Assembly: GCA_964416505.1 (NCBI GenBank)
Contig: CAYQEJ010000001.1
Coordinates: 146,363-210,362 of the forward strand
Length of the DNA stretch: 64,000 bases
Reading direction: 5' to 3'
Source: an uncultured Gammaproteobacteria bacterium
GTDB taxonomy: Bacteria > Patescibacteriota > Microgenomatia > Levybacterales > UBA12049
How positions within the stretch are numbered: the first letter of the stretch is position 1; each line of letters opens with the position of its first letter. The notes under the pieces are model-generated. The model searched no databases. It had not been told where the DNA came from and saw nothing but the letters and a program-made list of their open reading frames with translations. Below, piece after piece: positions 27,097 to 36,889 of the stretch. The position numbers and the translations under genes were made by a program.

Positions 27097-28422
27097 TTAT
27101 CCAGAAAGTCTTCTTTTAGAATTCCAGAACGAACCTCTGCGTGGCAATTTTTCTACATCTTTTTTGTTTGCAAGAAGCATCTCAACTACTCTTTCCAAAA
27201 ACAAAGTATTCTGAGAACTTTTTACCAAAATAAAATCATTATTTCTTAAATCTGAAATAATTTCATCTTTTGCATCTTTATACTTTTCAAAACTTATAAA
27301 TTTAAAATTTTCTCTTTCAAGAATCGGGGCAACATACTCTCTCATCATAGGCCCAATAATAATTGCAAAATCTAAATTTTTTAAAATAACTTTTGCTAAG
27401 GTTTCATGAGCATACCTTGAAAGTGTTCCCAATTCCCTCATATCTCCCAATATTCCCACTCTTCTTCCTTTTGCCATCAAGGATAGTGATTCAATCGCAC
27501 CTGTTGTTGCAGCAAGAGATGAGTTATAAGAAGAATCTATTATTGTAGAATTTTTTATTCCGTTAAAAATTGAAAATCTTCCTGGCGGAAGAGAAAAATT
27601 CTGCTCAATTAAGGTAATTACTTCTTCGATATTTATCTTGCATAAAAATGAAATTGCTATTACATAAATAAATGAATACGCATAGTACTTTGGTAAAGGA
27701 GATTTTATTTCAAGCTTATATTTTTCCTTAAGAAAAATAAAACCCATTTCAAAATTATCTTTAGAAATTTTAACTTGATTTACATAAAAATCCGCATTTT
27801 TATCCTTCAAAGAAATTGTTATGGTTCTCGACTTTAAAGGTAAAAGACCTGAAATATTTTCATCATCCAAATTAATTACTGATGTTGAATTTGAATCCAA
27901 TGACTTTAATAAAAGGCCTTCTTCTTTTGCTGTTATTGCGAGAATCTCATCTCTTCTTTTTGCTATATCTTCTTCTTTTACAAATTCATCAAAATTTAAA
28001 CTATGCTCTATATCAATATTTGTGAGGACTCCTATATTTGGTTTTAGGATTCTAAGAAGATAATCCATATTTTTCGGAGGTTTTGGGCTATCAATTCCCA
28101 TTTCTGCAATATAAATGTCGTATTTTTTATGATTAGTTATTGTTTTAAATGGCGCAGCAAAAAGAGCTTTTATCCATGAAGATATCGAATAATCTTTCAT
28201 CTCAATATCTAAAATACTTAAAGGAAGTCCTGTTTCACTATTCTTTCCTTTTCCTTCTTTCACTTTATATTTATTTTTTAAAACGTTTCCCAGAAGAAGA
28301 GCTGTCGACGACTTACCGCTTGCCCCTCCGATACCAATTATTAACGGACTTATTTTCCTTAACTGGATTTGGGCAAAAAATCTAAGATATGCTAAGTAAA
28401 AATTTATAAATATTTTTTTCAT
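27097..28422 (-). CDS. murF: UDP-MurNAc-tripeptide--D-Ala-D-Ala ligase MurF
   Basis: G.SGKSST, NSE.G.P, EMG, DSSYNSS, LGDM.ELG and LVKSS motifs. Confidence 0.9.
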   Translation of the reverse strand: MKKIFINFYLAYLRFFAQIQLRKISPLIIGIGGASGKSSTALLLGNVLKNKYKVKEGKGKNSETGLPLSILDIEMKDYSISSWIKALFAAPFKTITNHKKYDIYIAEMGIDSPKPPKNMDYLLRILKPNIGVLTNIDIEHSLNFDEFVKEEDIAKRRDEILAITAKEEGLLLKSLDSNSTSVINLDDENISGLLPLKSRTITISLKDKNADFYVNQVKISKDNFEMGFIFLKEKYKLEIKSPLPKYYAYSFIYVIAISFLCKINIEEVITLIEQNFSLPPGRFSIFNGIKNSTIIDSSYNSSLAATTGAIESLSLMAKGRRVGILGDMRELGTLSRYAHETLAKVILKNLDFAIIIGPMMREYVAPILERENFKFISFEKYKDAKDEIISDLRNNDFILVKSSQNTLFLERVVEMLLANKKDVEKLPRRGSFWNSKRRLSG

Positions 28423-28432
28423 AATTTAGTGT

Positions 28433-30115
28433 TTATTCATCTGGTGGTAAACCATAGTATGAAAATAAACCTTGGGCAATTCCAAAAAATATAGGTGCAG
28501 CAGTTTCTGCACCGTAAATTCTAGCAGTTGGACGGTCTAAAATCACTAACATAATAAATTTAGGATCATTCGCTGGAGCAAAACCTATAAAAGAAGCTAT
28601 TGTCTTATTTGGATCATAATGTCCCTCAACGGGAATTGATGCAGTACCAGTTTTACCTGCTACACGATAACCCTTTATCCTAGCCCATTGCGCCTCTCCT
28701 TTATTTACTGCATTTACCAGAACTTCTGTCATAACTTTTGCAGTAGCACTAGAAATTGGCCTTCCCAATTCTTTCGGAGGGATTTTCGTAACCTTTCCAT
28801 TTTCATCAATTACCGAATTAACTACGTGAGGTTCCATCATTATGCCTTTATTTGCTATAGATGCAAATGCTGATAAAAGCTCAATTGGTGTCACTGATAT
28901 TCCTTGACCGAATCCTGTTGTAGCAAGATCGACAGCATACCAATTTTCTTTAGATTTAATTTCGGATGTTACCTCACCTTGTAAGTCAATTCCCGTAAGC
29001 TTCCCAATTCCAAACTTGTTTATATATTTAATCATTCGATCTAGACCTAGCTTTTGCGCTGCATAAACCATACCAGTATTATCTGAATGCTGAATCACTT
29101 CAAGCATTGTCGAATTTGCCCTATATTCATCATTCCAGGTGTGAAGATCATATCCTCCTACGCTCACTGGTCCTGCACAAATTGGACATTTGGAAGCTGG
29201 AGTTAAAAGTTTTTCATTAAATGCTGCAGACATTACCAAAGGCTTAAAAGTAGAACCAGGCTCATATAAACTTGAGATAAAAGTATTTTTGTATAAATCG
29301 CTAGAATACTCTTCATATTTTGCCGGATCAAATGTAGGAAAGTTGGCCATCGCTAGGATTGACCCTGTCTTAGGATCCATTACAGCAACCATTCCTCCTG
29401 CGGCTCCATACCTCTCAATTCCTTCTTTAAGTTTTTTTTCAGCTAAATACTGAATTGAACGATCTACATTAAGCGTTAGACTAGAGCCATCTACTCCAAA
29501 AGATTTACTATTATCTACTCTAGCTAAAATAGGACGTCCGATTGCATCATGAATTTGAACTGCTGAACCCTGTTTCCCTTTTAAAAGCCTATCGTAATAT
29601 CCTTCTAACCCAGAATAACCCTTGGAGCTTCCATTCTCATCCTTTCCAACAAATCCCAAAAGACTTGCAGCCATGGAAGCTTCTGGATAATATCTCTCAA
29701 ATTGTTTTTCGAATCCAAGTCCTAGTATTTCTTGGTTTTCGATTTTATCCTTTATTTCCGAATTAACTCCATGAGCAATTGGAACCCAGAAAAGATCCTG
29801 ATCAAGCGATGCGCTAACTGATGCCTCATCAAGCCCAAGAGTTTGAGAAAGCATTCTAGAAGTTGATAGTTTATCTTTTAACTCCTTAGGATTTGCGTAT
29901 AAAAGATAAGTTATTTTGTTGGCGGCCAAAGGAAATCCATCTGATGCATTTATCTCACCTCTTACTGGTTCAATTTTTAAAGACTTCCCATACTGAATCT
30001 TTCCTAAGGTTGAAAGCTCCTCTGCTTTTACAACCTGCCAGTAAAAAAGGCGGAGGATAATTATTCCAAAAATCAGAATGAAAAAAAGAAGAACAGTTCT
30101 TTGTCTATTAATCAT
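28433..30115 (-). CDS. ftsI: Class B penicillin-binding protein (FtsI/PBP3-like)
   Basis: RG.I, R.YP, G.SGLE, EPGSTFK (SxxK), SDN (SxN) and KTGT motifs; located in the dcw cluster. Confidence 0.93.
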   Translation of the reverse strand: MINRQRTVLLFFILIFGIIILRLFYWQVVKAEELSTLGKIQYGKSLKIEPVRGEINASDGFPLAANKITYLLYANPKELKDKLSTSRMLSQTLGLDEASVSASLDQDLFWVPIAHGVNSEIKDKIENQEILGLGFEKQFERYYPEASMAASLLGFVGKDENGSSKGYSGLEGYYDRLLKGKQGSAVQIHDAIGRPILARVDNSKSFGVDGSSLTLNVDRSIQYLAEKKLKEGIERYGAAGGMVAVMDPKTGSILAMANFPTFDPAKYEEYSSDLYKNTFISSLYEPGSTFKPLVMSAAFNEKLLTPASKCPICAGPVSVGGYDLHTWNDEYRANSTMLEVIQHSDNTGMVYAAQKLGLDRMIKYINKFGIGKLTGIDLQGEVTSEIKSKENWYAVDLATTGFGQGISVTPIELLSAFASIANKGIMMEPHVVNSVIDENGKVTKIPPKELGRPISSATAKVMTEVLVNAVNKGEAQWARIKGYRVAGKTGTASIPVEGHYDPNKTIASFIGFAPANDPKFIMLVILDRPTARIYGAETAAPIFFGIAQGLFSYYGLPPDE

Positions 30116-30396
30116 CGAAGAGCTGCGATTGGTTTTGACTTTGTTAGGGCAAAATTAGATTTGCCATCTACAAGTCCAATTCTAGCAGCTTCTGATGCTA
30201 CATATGTAAGCGAAGAGAGTGCGAATATTTTTTCTCTAAGTATTACGTTTTCTGTTTTATATTTAGTGAGCTCATCCTGAGTTTTTCCTAAAGCTACACC
30301 TTTTGTAGATATTTTATTTGAAATAGCAGTTCTAGTTATAAAAAGCCCAACTATTACTAATATTAATATTGTTAAGACTAAAATAGGTTTTTTCAT
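30112..30396 (-). CDS. ftsL: FtsL-like bitopic coiled-coil protein
   Basis: Lies between rsmH and ftsI; TM helix followed by a coiled coil ending in A.RIGL. Confidence 0.7.
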   Translation of the reverse strand: MKKPILVLTILILVIVGLFITRTAISNKISTKGVALGKTQDELTKYKTENVILREKIFALSSLTYVASEAARIGLVDGKSNFALTKSKPIAALR

Positions 30397-31283
30397 TTTA
30401 ATTCAAATATTCTTAGCTTTGCACTTTTACTTCTTCCATTTTCAATAATCTCTTCTTCAGTAGGAAGAATTGGTTTTTTAGTAATTACTCTTCCATATCC
30501 TTTATCTTCAAACATTAAAAACATTTTTTTAACAATTCTATCCTCTAATGAATGAAAGGTTATAACTACTATTCTTCCCCCGCTTTCTAATAAAGAGAGC
30601 GCCTTGGGAAGTGATTCCTCTATACTTCCTATCTCATCGTTTATCGCAATTCTTAATGCCTGGAATACTCTTTTTCCCGCTGTTGCTCTTGCAAAATCAT
30701 TTATTGTTCTGAACCCATAAACCGTTGCTAAAGTTAGTGTTAAATCATCAGTTGTTTGAAAAGGAGTTATCTTTCTTCTCTTAATTATCATGTCTGCGAT
30801 TTTATTTGCATTTGTCTCTTCACTATAATTTCTAAATAACTCCACGAGCTCCTGTTTTCCTAAAGCGTTAACTAAATCACTTGCCTTAACTCCAAGACCC
30901 TGGTCCATCCTCATATCCAGAGGCCCAGACTTAATGTATGAAAACCCTCGTGAAGGATTGTCAATCTGATGTGAAGATAATCCTAAATCAAAAATAATAC
31001 CATTTACTTTTCCGAAACTCTTAGCAAATTCATCTATTCTCCTAAAGTTCCCTCTAGCTAAGGTTAAAATGCCTTTTTTGATTTCATCCGCATACTTTTC
31101 ACTTGCAGCAGTAATTGCATCTTGATCCTGATCAATCCCAAGCACGAATCCCCCATTTTTCAGAATAAGACTTGCATGACCACCACCGCCAAATGTAGCG
31201 TCAATGTATTTATTGCCGCTTTCAACATTTAAAGCTTCTATGCTTTCTTCTAAAAGTACACTTTTATGGTAATAATTCATCAT
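30393..31283 (-). CDS. rsmH: 16S rRNA m4C1402 methyltransferase RsmH
   Basis: HKSVLL.E, DATFG.GGH, DLGLSS.Q, RGFS, LDMRM, FQALRI..N.E, FHSLEDR.VK and SAKLR motifs. Confidence 0.98.
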   Translation of the reverse strand: MMNYYHKSVLLEESIEALNVESGNKYIDATFGGGGHASLILKNGGFVLGIDQDQDAITAASEKYADEIKKGILTLARGNFRRIDEFAKSFGKVNGIIFDLGLSSHQIDNPSRGFSYIKSGPLDMRMDQGLGVKASDLVNALGKQELVELFRNYSEETNANKIADMIIKRRKITPFQTTDDLTLTLATVYGFRTINDFARATAGKRVFQALRIAINDEIGSIEESLPKALSLLESGGRIVVITFHSLEDRIVKKMFLMFEDKGYGRVITKKPILPTEEEIIENGRSKSAKLRIFELK

Positions 31284-31704
31284 TTTTAGACAGTTTCTTA
31301 GTTAATGGCTCAATTTCTTCTTCTAGTTTTTTGTTATGCTCTTCCCAAGTTTTCGTATCCCAAATTTGCACATATCTCATAATTCCTAACTGAGTAACCG
31401 ATTCTTTTAAGTTTGCGAATCTTTTTAAATATTCAGGCAAAATAAATCTTCCTTTCTCATCCAGTTTAACTTCTACTGCATTTCCCAAAAGAAATCTCTC
31501 AATCTCTCTTGCTTCTTTATTTATGATCGGTTTTCCTTTTGTTCCTTCAAGCAGAAGATCAAACTGTTTTTGCGATATAACTATCAAAGAGCTTTCAAAT
31601 CCTCTAGTAACAATCAGATTGTCACCAAGTTCTTCACGAAATTTCTTAGGAAATGAAATTCTATTTTTATCATCAATTTTACTATCAATCCTGCCTATTA
31701 ACAT
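31264..31704 (-). CDS. mraZ: Transcriptional regulator MraZ (start revised to ATG 31704)
   Basis: IDDKNRI..P and LDEKGR..LP SpoVT-AbrB repeats and a QIW motif; MLIG matches the usual N-terminus. Confidence 0.95.
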   Translation of the reverse strand: MLIGRIDSKIDDKNRISFPKKFREELGDNLIVTRGFESSLIVISQKQFDLLLEGTKGKPIINKEAREIERFLLGNAVEVKLDEKGRFILPEYLKRFANLKESVTQLGIMRYVQIWDTKTWEEHNKKLEEEIEPLTKKLSKNDELLP

Positions 31705-31715
31705 ATCTGCCTGTA

Positions 31716-31796
31716 AGTTCAAAGTGTATCAATTGTCCCACTTTGTCCCACTTTGAACTATGTTTTAATTGTGCCTGAATCGCTGAATTGTGTCAA
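31716..31796 (-). promoter_or_regulatory. dcw promoter with MraZ-box-like tandem repeats and a leader hairpin
   Basis: TTGACA(31791-31796)-17-CACAAT(31768-31773). Two AAAGTGGGAC-type repeats with a 10-nt period (about 31733-31754). An 11-bp inverted repeat at 31716-31726 and 31749-31759. Confidence 0.8.
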
Positions 31797-31898
31797 GGGG
31801 CATTTCACAAAATTAGTGTTAAAAATGAAGAATAAACGCTATATTAAGTAGGCTTATAATAATTTATTACAAAATTATATTTTTGAAGTAAACGAAGA

Positions 31899-32378
31899 TT
31901 AAAGTTTTACTATTTTTTCAACCTGATAGTCTTTTCCATCTTTCTTTGTAACTTTAAGAGTTATTGTAATATCAGAAACTACATTGTCATATCTACATTT
32001 TCCGGCTGAACAAGTACCAAATTCTCTATAATCTGTTTTTGTAATTCCGTCCTCTGCGATATTCATTTCTCCAAATATTCCTTGATTCGCAACTCCTTCA
32101 TCTGTCTGGGCTTCATATTCAATCGTATATTCAACTTTTCTTATATCATCAGCTTTAGCTAACTCAAACATAACAGCTTTATTGTCACTTCTAAGATTTA
32201 CTTTCATTCCAATATCTTCAGGGGTTAATTTAGGAAGATCGGAGGTTTGCATCATCCCATCATCCTCTTTAGTACTAGAAGATCCTTTATTTACAAACAA
32301 AACTCCACCAATCACTAAGACAATCACTAGAAGTGCTGAAATAATAGCAACAATTTTTTTATTTTTAAGTTTATCCAC
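31899..32378 (-). CDS. Single-pass membrane protein with a C-terminal FGTCS.G.C.YD motif (start revised to GTG 32378)
   Basis: TTGACA(32410-32415)-18-TATGCT(32386-32391)-7 nt-GTG; the track's ATG lies inside the -10 box. TM helix plus a beta-rich extracellular domain with a Cys pair. Confidence 0.7.
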   Translation of the reverse strand: MDKLKNKKIVAIISALLVIVLVIGGVLFVNKGSSSTKEDDGMMQTSDLPKLTPEDIGMKVNLRSDNKAVMFELAKADDIRKVEYTIEYEAQTDEGVANQGIFGEMNIAEDGITKTDYREFGTCSAGKCRYDNVVSDITITLKVTKKDGKDYQVEKIVKL

Positions 32379-32419
32379 TGAAACTAGCATAAACGAATTT
32401 TCTCTTCTTTGTCAAGATT

Positions 32420-32445
32420 TCGCAAGGCCTGGCCTTGCGAGGCTA
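32420..32445. repeat. GC-rich REP-like palindrome TCGCAAGGCC-T-GGCCTTGCGA(GGCTA)
   Basis: Perfect 10-bp arms in an intergenic gap; related copy at 52091-52129. Confidence 0.75.
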
Positions 32446-32456
32446 GAGCTATAAGC

Positions 32457-32960
32457 CTAAGCAGCTTTACGCCTCAACCTAGCTTGAGCAATTAAAGCAT
32501 TATGCGCTCTTCTCTCTTCAGATCTAACATCGGGGGTAGGAAAAAAACGTGGAAATACACTGGGCGCGCGATCAATTGCTTCCTGACCCTTATAAAGAGC
32601 ATCTCCAACAACTAACTCTGCTTCTCCTCTAATTCTCCCAAAATCATTTAGAGAATGAGAAATTTGAAAAAAAAGACTATTTTCACCCTCAACCAATGTC
32701 ATAGCATCGTCAGGGAAAAAATCTGGATCTGTATCCCTAAATGAATCTGAGTAACCATATGATTTTCCACCCTCATCAAAAAAAACCATATCTGGATATG
32801 GCTCCCCTGAAAGACTACCTATAGCTGGTGTTGAGATTGCTGTAAATGCAGGAGGATAATTACCCAATCTTCTTCCCAAATCTTCCATTGCCTCCTCTAC
32901 AACGACTCCAAAAGGAATGTCTCTAACATCTGGAGAAATGGCAGGTAAGTCTTCAGGCAT
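32457..32960 (-). CDS. Hypothetical protein
   Basis: 167-aa acidic, Pro-rich ORF; start overlaps the glyS stop (TAATG). Confidence 0.65.
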   Translation of the reverse strand: MPEDLPAISPDVRDIPFGVVVEEAMEDLGRRLGNYPPAFTAISTPAIGSLSGEPYPDMVFFDEGGKSYGYSDSFRDTDPDFFPDDAMTLVEGENSLFFQISHSLNDFGRIRGEAELVVGDALYKGQEAIDRAPSVFPRFFPTPDVRSEERRAHNALIAQARLRRKAA

Positions 32961-34342
32961 TATTTTAATTTTTCTTCAATATAATTGGATATTTCTGAAA
33001 TCTCAATTCTTTCTTGGGTAGCAGTATCTCGATCCCTGATAGTTACAGTGTTGTCTTCTAAAGTTTGAAAATCTATGGTTATGCAGTAAGGAGTTCCAGC
33101 TTCATCCTGTGATAAATATCTTTTCCCAATATTTCCCCTATCATCCCATGCTACATTGAATTCTCTCTTTAGATTATCGAAGATACCACGAGCTTTCTCA
33201 ACCAATTCTGGTTTATTTGCAAGAAGCGGAAATATAGCAGCTTTGTAGGGAGCAATTTTAGGATTTAATTTAAGTAGTGATCTATTTTCCTCTTCCGAGT
33301 AAGAATCAAGAAGAAGCATAAGCATTAGTCTGCCAAAACTAACAGCCGGCTCAATAACATGAGGTGTAATCTTTTCATTAGTATTCGGATCCATAATGGA
33401 AAGATCTTTTTTAGATACTTCTGAATGCTTTGTAAGATCATAATTAGTTCTATATGCAAGCCCCCACAACTCCTTAAAACCAAATGGGAAATTATATTCC
33501 ATGTCTTCTGTTCTTTTACTATAAAAGGATCTTTCGCGATCATCATGCTCTCTCCATTTTAAATTCTCTTCTTTAACACCAAGCTCTTTAATTAAAAATT
33601 CAGTTATTCTTTCTTTCCATTCGTTAAAAATTTCCTCCCAATTAGATCTATTGGGATCGAAGAAATACTCAATTTCTCCTTGCTCGAATTCAATAGTTCT
33701 AAAAATTGAGTTTCCCGGAGTTATCTCATTCCTGAAGCTTTTTCCAATTTGTCCAATTCCAAACGGAAGCTTGACGCGTGTCGAATCTATAACATTTTTA
33801 AAATTAATAAATATTCCTTGTGCAGTTTCCCCTCTAAGATACGCCTGGCCTTGCTCGCCTTCGACAATCCCTAATTGCACAGGAAATAAAAGATTAAATT
33901 TTCTAACCTTTGTCCAGTCTCTTTTACCACAAACTGGACATTTTATTTCATTTTCATCAATAATCCCATCTAGCTCTTCAGGACTTAATCCCTCTACTGA
34001 TTTTTTTTCATTTTTTTTCTCAAAATATCCTTCAATTAAATGATCTGCACGCATTCTAGCCTTACAATTTCGGCAATCAATCATTGCATCAGCAAAACTA
34101 GCGGTATGCCCTGATGCCTCCCAAACCTTATGATGCGAAATTATACTTGAATCTAGCCCAACCATATCAGAATGATCCTGAATGAAATATTTCCACCAAA
34201 GATTTCTTAAATTTCTTAAAAGCTCTGCACCCAAAGGACCGTAGTCATAGCTATTTGCAAGTCCACCGTAAATTTCACTTCCCTGGTAAATAAAACCTCG
34301 TCTTTTAGAAAGTGCTACTACTTTCTCCATTAATCCTTCCAT
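32960..34342 (-). CDS. glyQS: Glycine--tRNA ligase, homodimeric (alpha2, eukaryote/archaea-like) type
   Basis: EIYGG....DYGPLG, W.ASGH...F.D, YLR.ETAQG, IGKSFRNEI, EL.G.A.R..YDL, PHVIEP and IGKRY..QDE.GTP motifs. Confidence 0.97.
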   Translation of the reverse strand: MEGLMEKVVALSKRRGFIYQGSEIYGGLANSYDYGPLGAELLRNLRNLWWKYFIQDHSDMVGLDSSIISHHKVWEASGHTASFADAMIDCRNCKARMRADHLIEGYFEKKNEKKSVEGLSPEELDGIIDENEIKCPVCGKRDWTKVRKFNLLFPVQLGIVEGEQGQAYLRGETAQGIFINFKNVIDSTRVKLPFGIGQIGKSFRNEITPGNSIFRTIEFEQGEIEYFFDPNRSNWEEIFNEWKERITEFLIKELGVKEENLKWREHDDRERSFYSKRTEDMEYNFPFGFKELWGLAYRTNYDLTKHSEVSKKDLSIMDPNTNEKITPHVIEPAVSFGRLMLMLLLDSYSEEENRSLLKLNPKIAPYKAAIFPLLANKPELVEKARGIFDNLKREFNVAWDDRGNIGKRYLSQDEAGTPYCITIDFQTLEDNTVTIRDRDTATQERIEISEISNYIEEKLK

Positions 34343-34374
34343 ATCGCAATAATAGCAAAAAAGAGGCTATAAAA

Positions 34375-34911
34375 CTAGAAGATTTGGGGAATTATTCTTT
34401 TTGTTTTAATTTTCTTCTCCATTATATCTTCTATAAAACTTTCAGAATCTTCTACAAATACTTGCTCCTTAGGCCAAAATCCTAAAAGAATAATTAGTTC
34501 CTGTTCAAACCTTTTAATTCTTTTTCTAGGATCATTTTCAATCTCTAAGTCATACAAAACCTCCTGTAACAAATGGAATGCTGCTCTATTCTCCTGATGC
34601 TCTGCCAAGAGCCCATCTACAAGCTCACACACATAAAAAGCATAACCCGCACGTGTTAAATCTGATTTCAAAGAAGAGTAATGACTTATTGTCTCTACCT
34701 CTGTAAGAATAGGCATTCTACCTTCATGACAATTAATAACGCTTAAGTTTAGAAGCTCTATGTGAGAAGCGCGTCTGCTTGAAATTTTCCTAACACCTTT
34801 AGCGAGTACAGAAATTTTACCTTTATTTTTAGTGAGGACTGTTAGAATTCTATCTGCTTCACCGTAGTTCTTTCTCTTAATTATTATTCCTTCTGTTTTA
34901 AAGGACCGCAT
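34375..34911 (-). CDS. recO: DNA repair protein RecO (short form, no Zn finger)
   Basis: GIII.R..YGEADRILT.LT...GK....AKGVRK..SR N-terminal OB-fold signature. Confidence 0.93.
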   Translation of the reverse strand: MRSFKTEGIIIKRKNYGEADRILTVLTKNKGKISVLAKGVRKISSRRASHIELLNLSVINCHEGRMPILTEVETISHYSSLKSDLTRAGYAFYVCELVDGLLAEHQENRAAFHLLQEVLYDLEIENDPRKRIKRFEQELIILLGFWPKEQVFVEDSESFIEDIMEKKIKTKRIIPQIF

Positions 34912-34912
34912 A

Positions 34913-36889
34913 TTACAAGTCTAGCTCTAAAGTTTTATCCTGGTCAAGAATGAATTTATTCTTGGTCTTTCCATTAACCATGATTGTGTACTCATCCTCA
35001 GCTGTTCCAGGTTGTTTCTGAATCAAGAAAGGCAAAGGAGAATTCTTTTCTACTTTAAAGGGAAGCGTATATTCCAAAGTAAGCTTTGCAATTCCTTGAG
35101 GACGAACTGTAAGAAAACCTTCAAAAACTGTCTTATCAAAATCCTCATAAGTACTCATTTTAACTTCTGATCCAGTAGAATCCTTTAATTTACTTCCTTT
35201 TGGAACATAAACCCTAAACCAGTTTCTCCAGGGAGCATTAAGACAAAGAGAATTTTCTGCTTCTAAATTACAATTCGAAGGAGCATGTGTATTCTTATAA
35301 TTCACCGTTACTTTTTTAGTAATTACTCCATTTCCGCCGACTGTATATTCTTGATCAACATTTTGATCAACGAATAAATTAGATTTTGCACCTCCAAAAT
35401 TTGCTTCATTTAGATAGAAATAATCGCCATCAAAACTTCTAATTTGACCGGTTGCATTGACTGCAGCTAAACCTTTCATAGCTTCCTTGTTTTCAAGACT
35501 GAATAAAATATGCTTTTGTGCGATTTGAGTAAACATAGCCTGCATTAATGGACCCCAGTACTGCTTTGGCGAAGACTTAAACGCCTTATCCATAATTGCA
35601 TACATCAAATCTCCAATAATGCTTTTTCTATCCGGTCTTATATACTGAACCCTGATCCCTGCAAATTCCTCCAACTCATAAATTACCTGCGGGCAATCAC
35701 ATCTCGGATCATTCTTAGTGGTATAGGTTGTAGATCCAACTTGAATATCTCCTAGAATATTCATAGCTGCAACCAAAGCTTGTGTATCAATAGCTATAAT
35801 TCCATCCACATCCGTTGAACCACCCGCCTCATCATAAAGCTCTCTAAATTTATCCATAGATTTTTGAAAATCAGGAGACAAATTGCTGTCTCTAAGATTT
35901 AAAACAGGAACTTTTGGTAAATATTTAAGAATTGGCTCAGGTGCTTTTTCTTTATTAGAAATAGTTGCATCTAAAACATAAATATCTTCAGATTTATCTA
36001 CATGAATTACGCCCTTGTTAATTCTGAAAATTGCATATGCAGTTAAGAATCCACCAGTAGGTCTGAGTTCTTTATCATTCTGGAAAAGAATAAGATATTT
36101 TTTTTCATCTGGTTCACCCAAAAGACTTGGCAAAACTTTTATAAAAGGACTTGCGTCATCAATAAATTTAGTTCCGTCATCAGAAAGAGTTCTTAAAGTT
36201 TTCATTCCATTTTTTACTTTTCCACCCGCAATAAATCCTGGGTAATCATTTGGATTTACATAAGCAATCTCTTTCTGAGCCAACTTAAGTGATTTTGAGA
36301 TTTCATCTATTTTAGGAGTTACCTTTCCCATAGTTTTTACCGCAGTTTCAATCCTTTGCTCTGCGCTTCCACCACTAAAAGTACCCTGACCTTTAAGACC
36401 TAATACGTCAGCATAAGGCTCAACAGATTTAACAAAAGTATCAGCTGCATCTAATCCATAAAAACCTGCATTCACTAAATGCCTTGCATCGTTATAATAA
36501 ATATTTGGTCCTGGAATAAACCTCATCACAAATAAAAGATTTAATTTTCTTTGAGTATCTTTAAGAGCAATCCTCGTCTTCTTAAGCTCTTTATCTGTTT
36601 GCTCAATATCCTGTTTCTTCAAAGCATCCATAGTGGCATTTACCTGAGCATAAGTTTTTTTAGCTGACAGATAAGTTAAGAAACCAGGAATTATTATCAG
36701 GATTACAAAAACAATAAGAATTACCCCTGCCACAATTCCGATTTTTCTGTTTTTAAATTTGCCAAATTTACCAAGGTTTGAAAACCTCGAACTTTTTAGT
36801 GAAGTTTGCGTTGGGATATTCTCTTTAGGGGCCTCCGATTCCTTTTTAGGTAAAGGTGTGCTCAATTCGATTTTCTCGAATCCATCCAT
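34913..36889 (-). CDS. DUF4012 domain membrane-anchored protein
   Basis: YLILFQN..ELRPTGGF, RDSN.SPDF, VDG.IA.D, N.GG.KSN, RVYVP.GS and QKQPG motifs. Promoter TTGACA(36920-36925)-18-TATCAT(36896-36901)-6 nt-ATG. Confidence 0.88.
   Translation of the reverse strand: MDGFEKIELSTPLPKKESEAPKENIPTQTSLKSSRFSNLGKFGKFKNRKIGIVAGVILIVFVILIIIPGFLTYLSAKKTYAQVNATMDALKKQDIEQTDKELKKTRIALKDTQRKLNLLFVMRFIPGPNIYYNDARHLVNAGFYGLDAADTFVKSVEPYADVLGLKGQGTFSGGSAEQRIETAVKTMGKVTPKIDEISKSLKLAQKEIAYVNPNDYPGFIAGGKVKNGMKTLRTLSDDGTKFIDDASPFIKVLPSLLGEPDEKKYLILFQNDKELRPTGGFLTAYAIFRINKGVIHVDKSEDIYVLDATISNKEKAPEPILKYLPKVPVLNLRDSNLSPDFQKSMDKFRELYDEAGGSTDVDGIIAIDTQALVAAMNILGDIQVGSTTYTTKNDPRCDCPQVIYELEEFAGIRVQYIRPDRKSIIGDLMYAIMDKAFKSSPKQYWGPLMQAMFTQIAQKHILFSLENKEAMKGLAAVNATGQIRSFDGDYFYLNEANFGGAKSNLFVDQNVDQEYTVGGNGVITKKVTVNYKNTHAPSNCNLEAENSLCLNAPWRNWFRVYVPKGSKLKDSTGSEVKMSTYEDFDKTVFEGFLTVRPQGIAKLTLEYTLPFKVEKNSPLPFLIQKQPGTAEDEYTIMVNGKTKNKFILDQDKTLELDL

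Noticed and set aside
31733-31754. Tandem 10-nt repeats considered as CRISPR or iteron remnants
   Set aside because: Only two units with no spacers; better explained as the MraZ operator.
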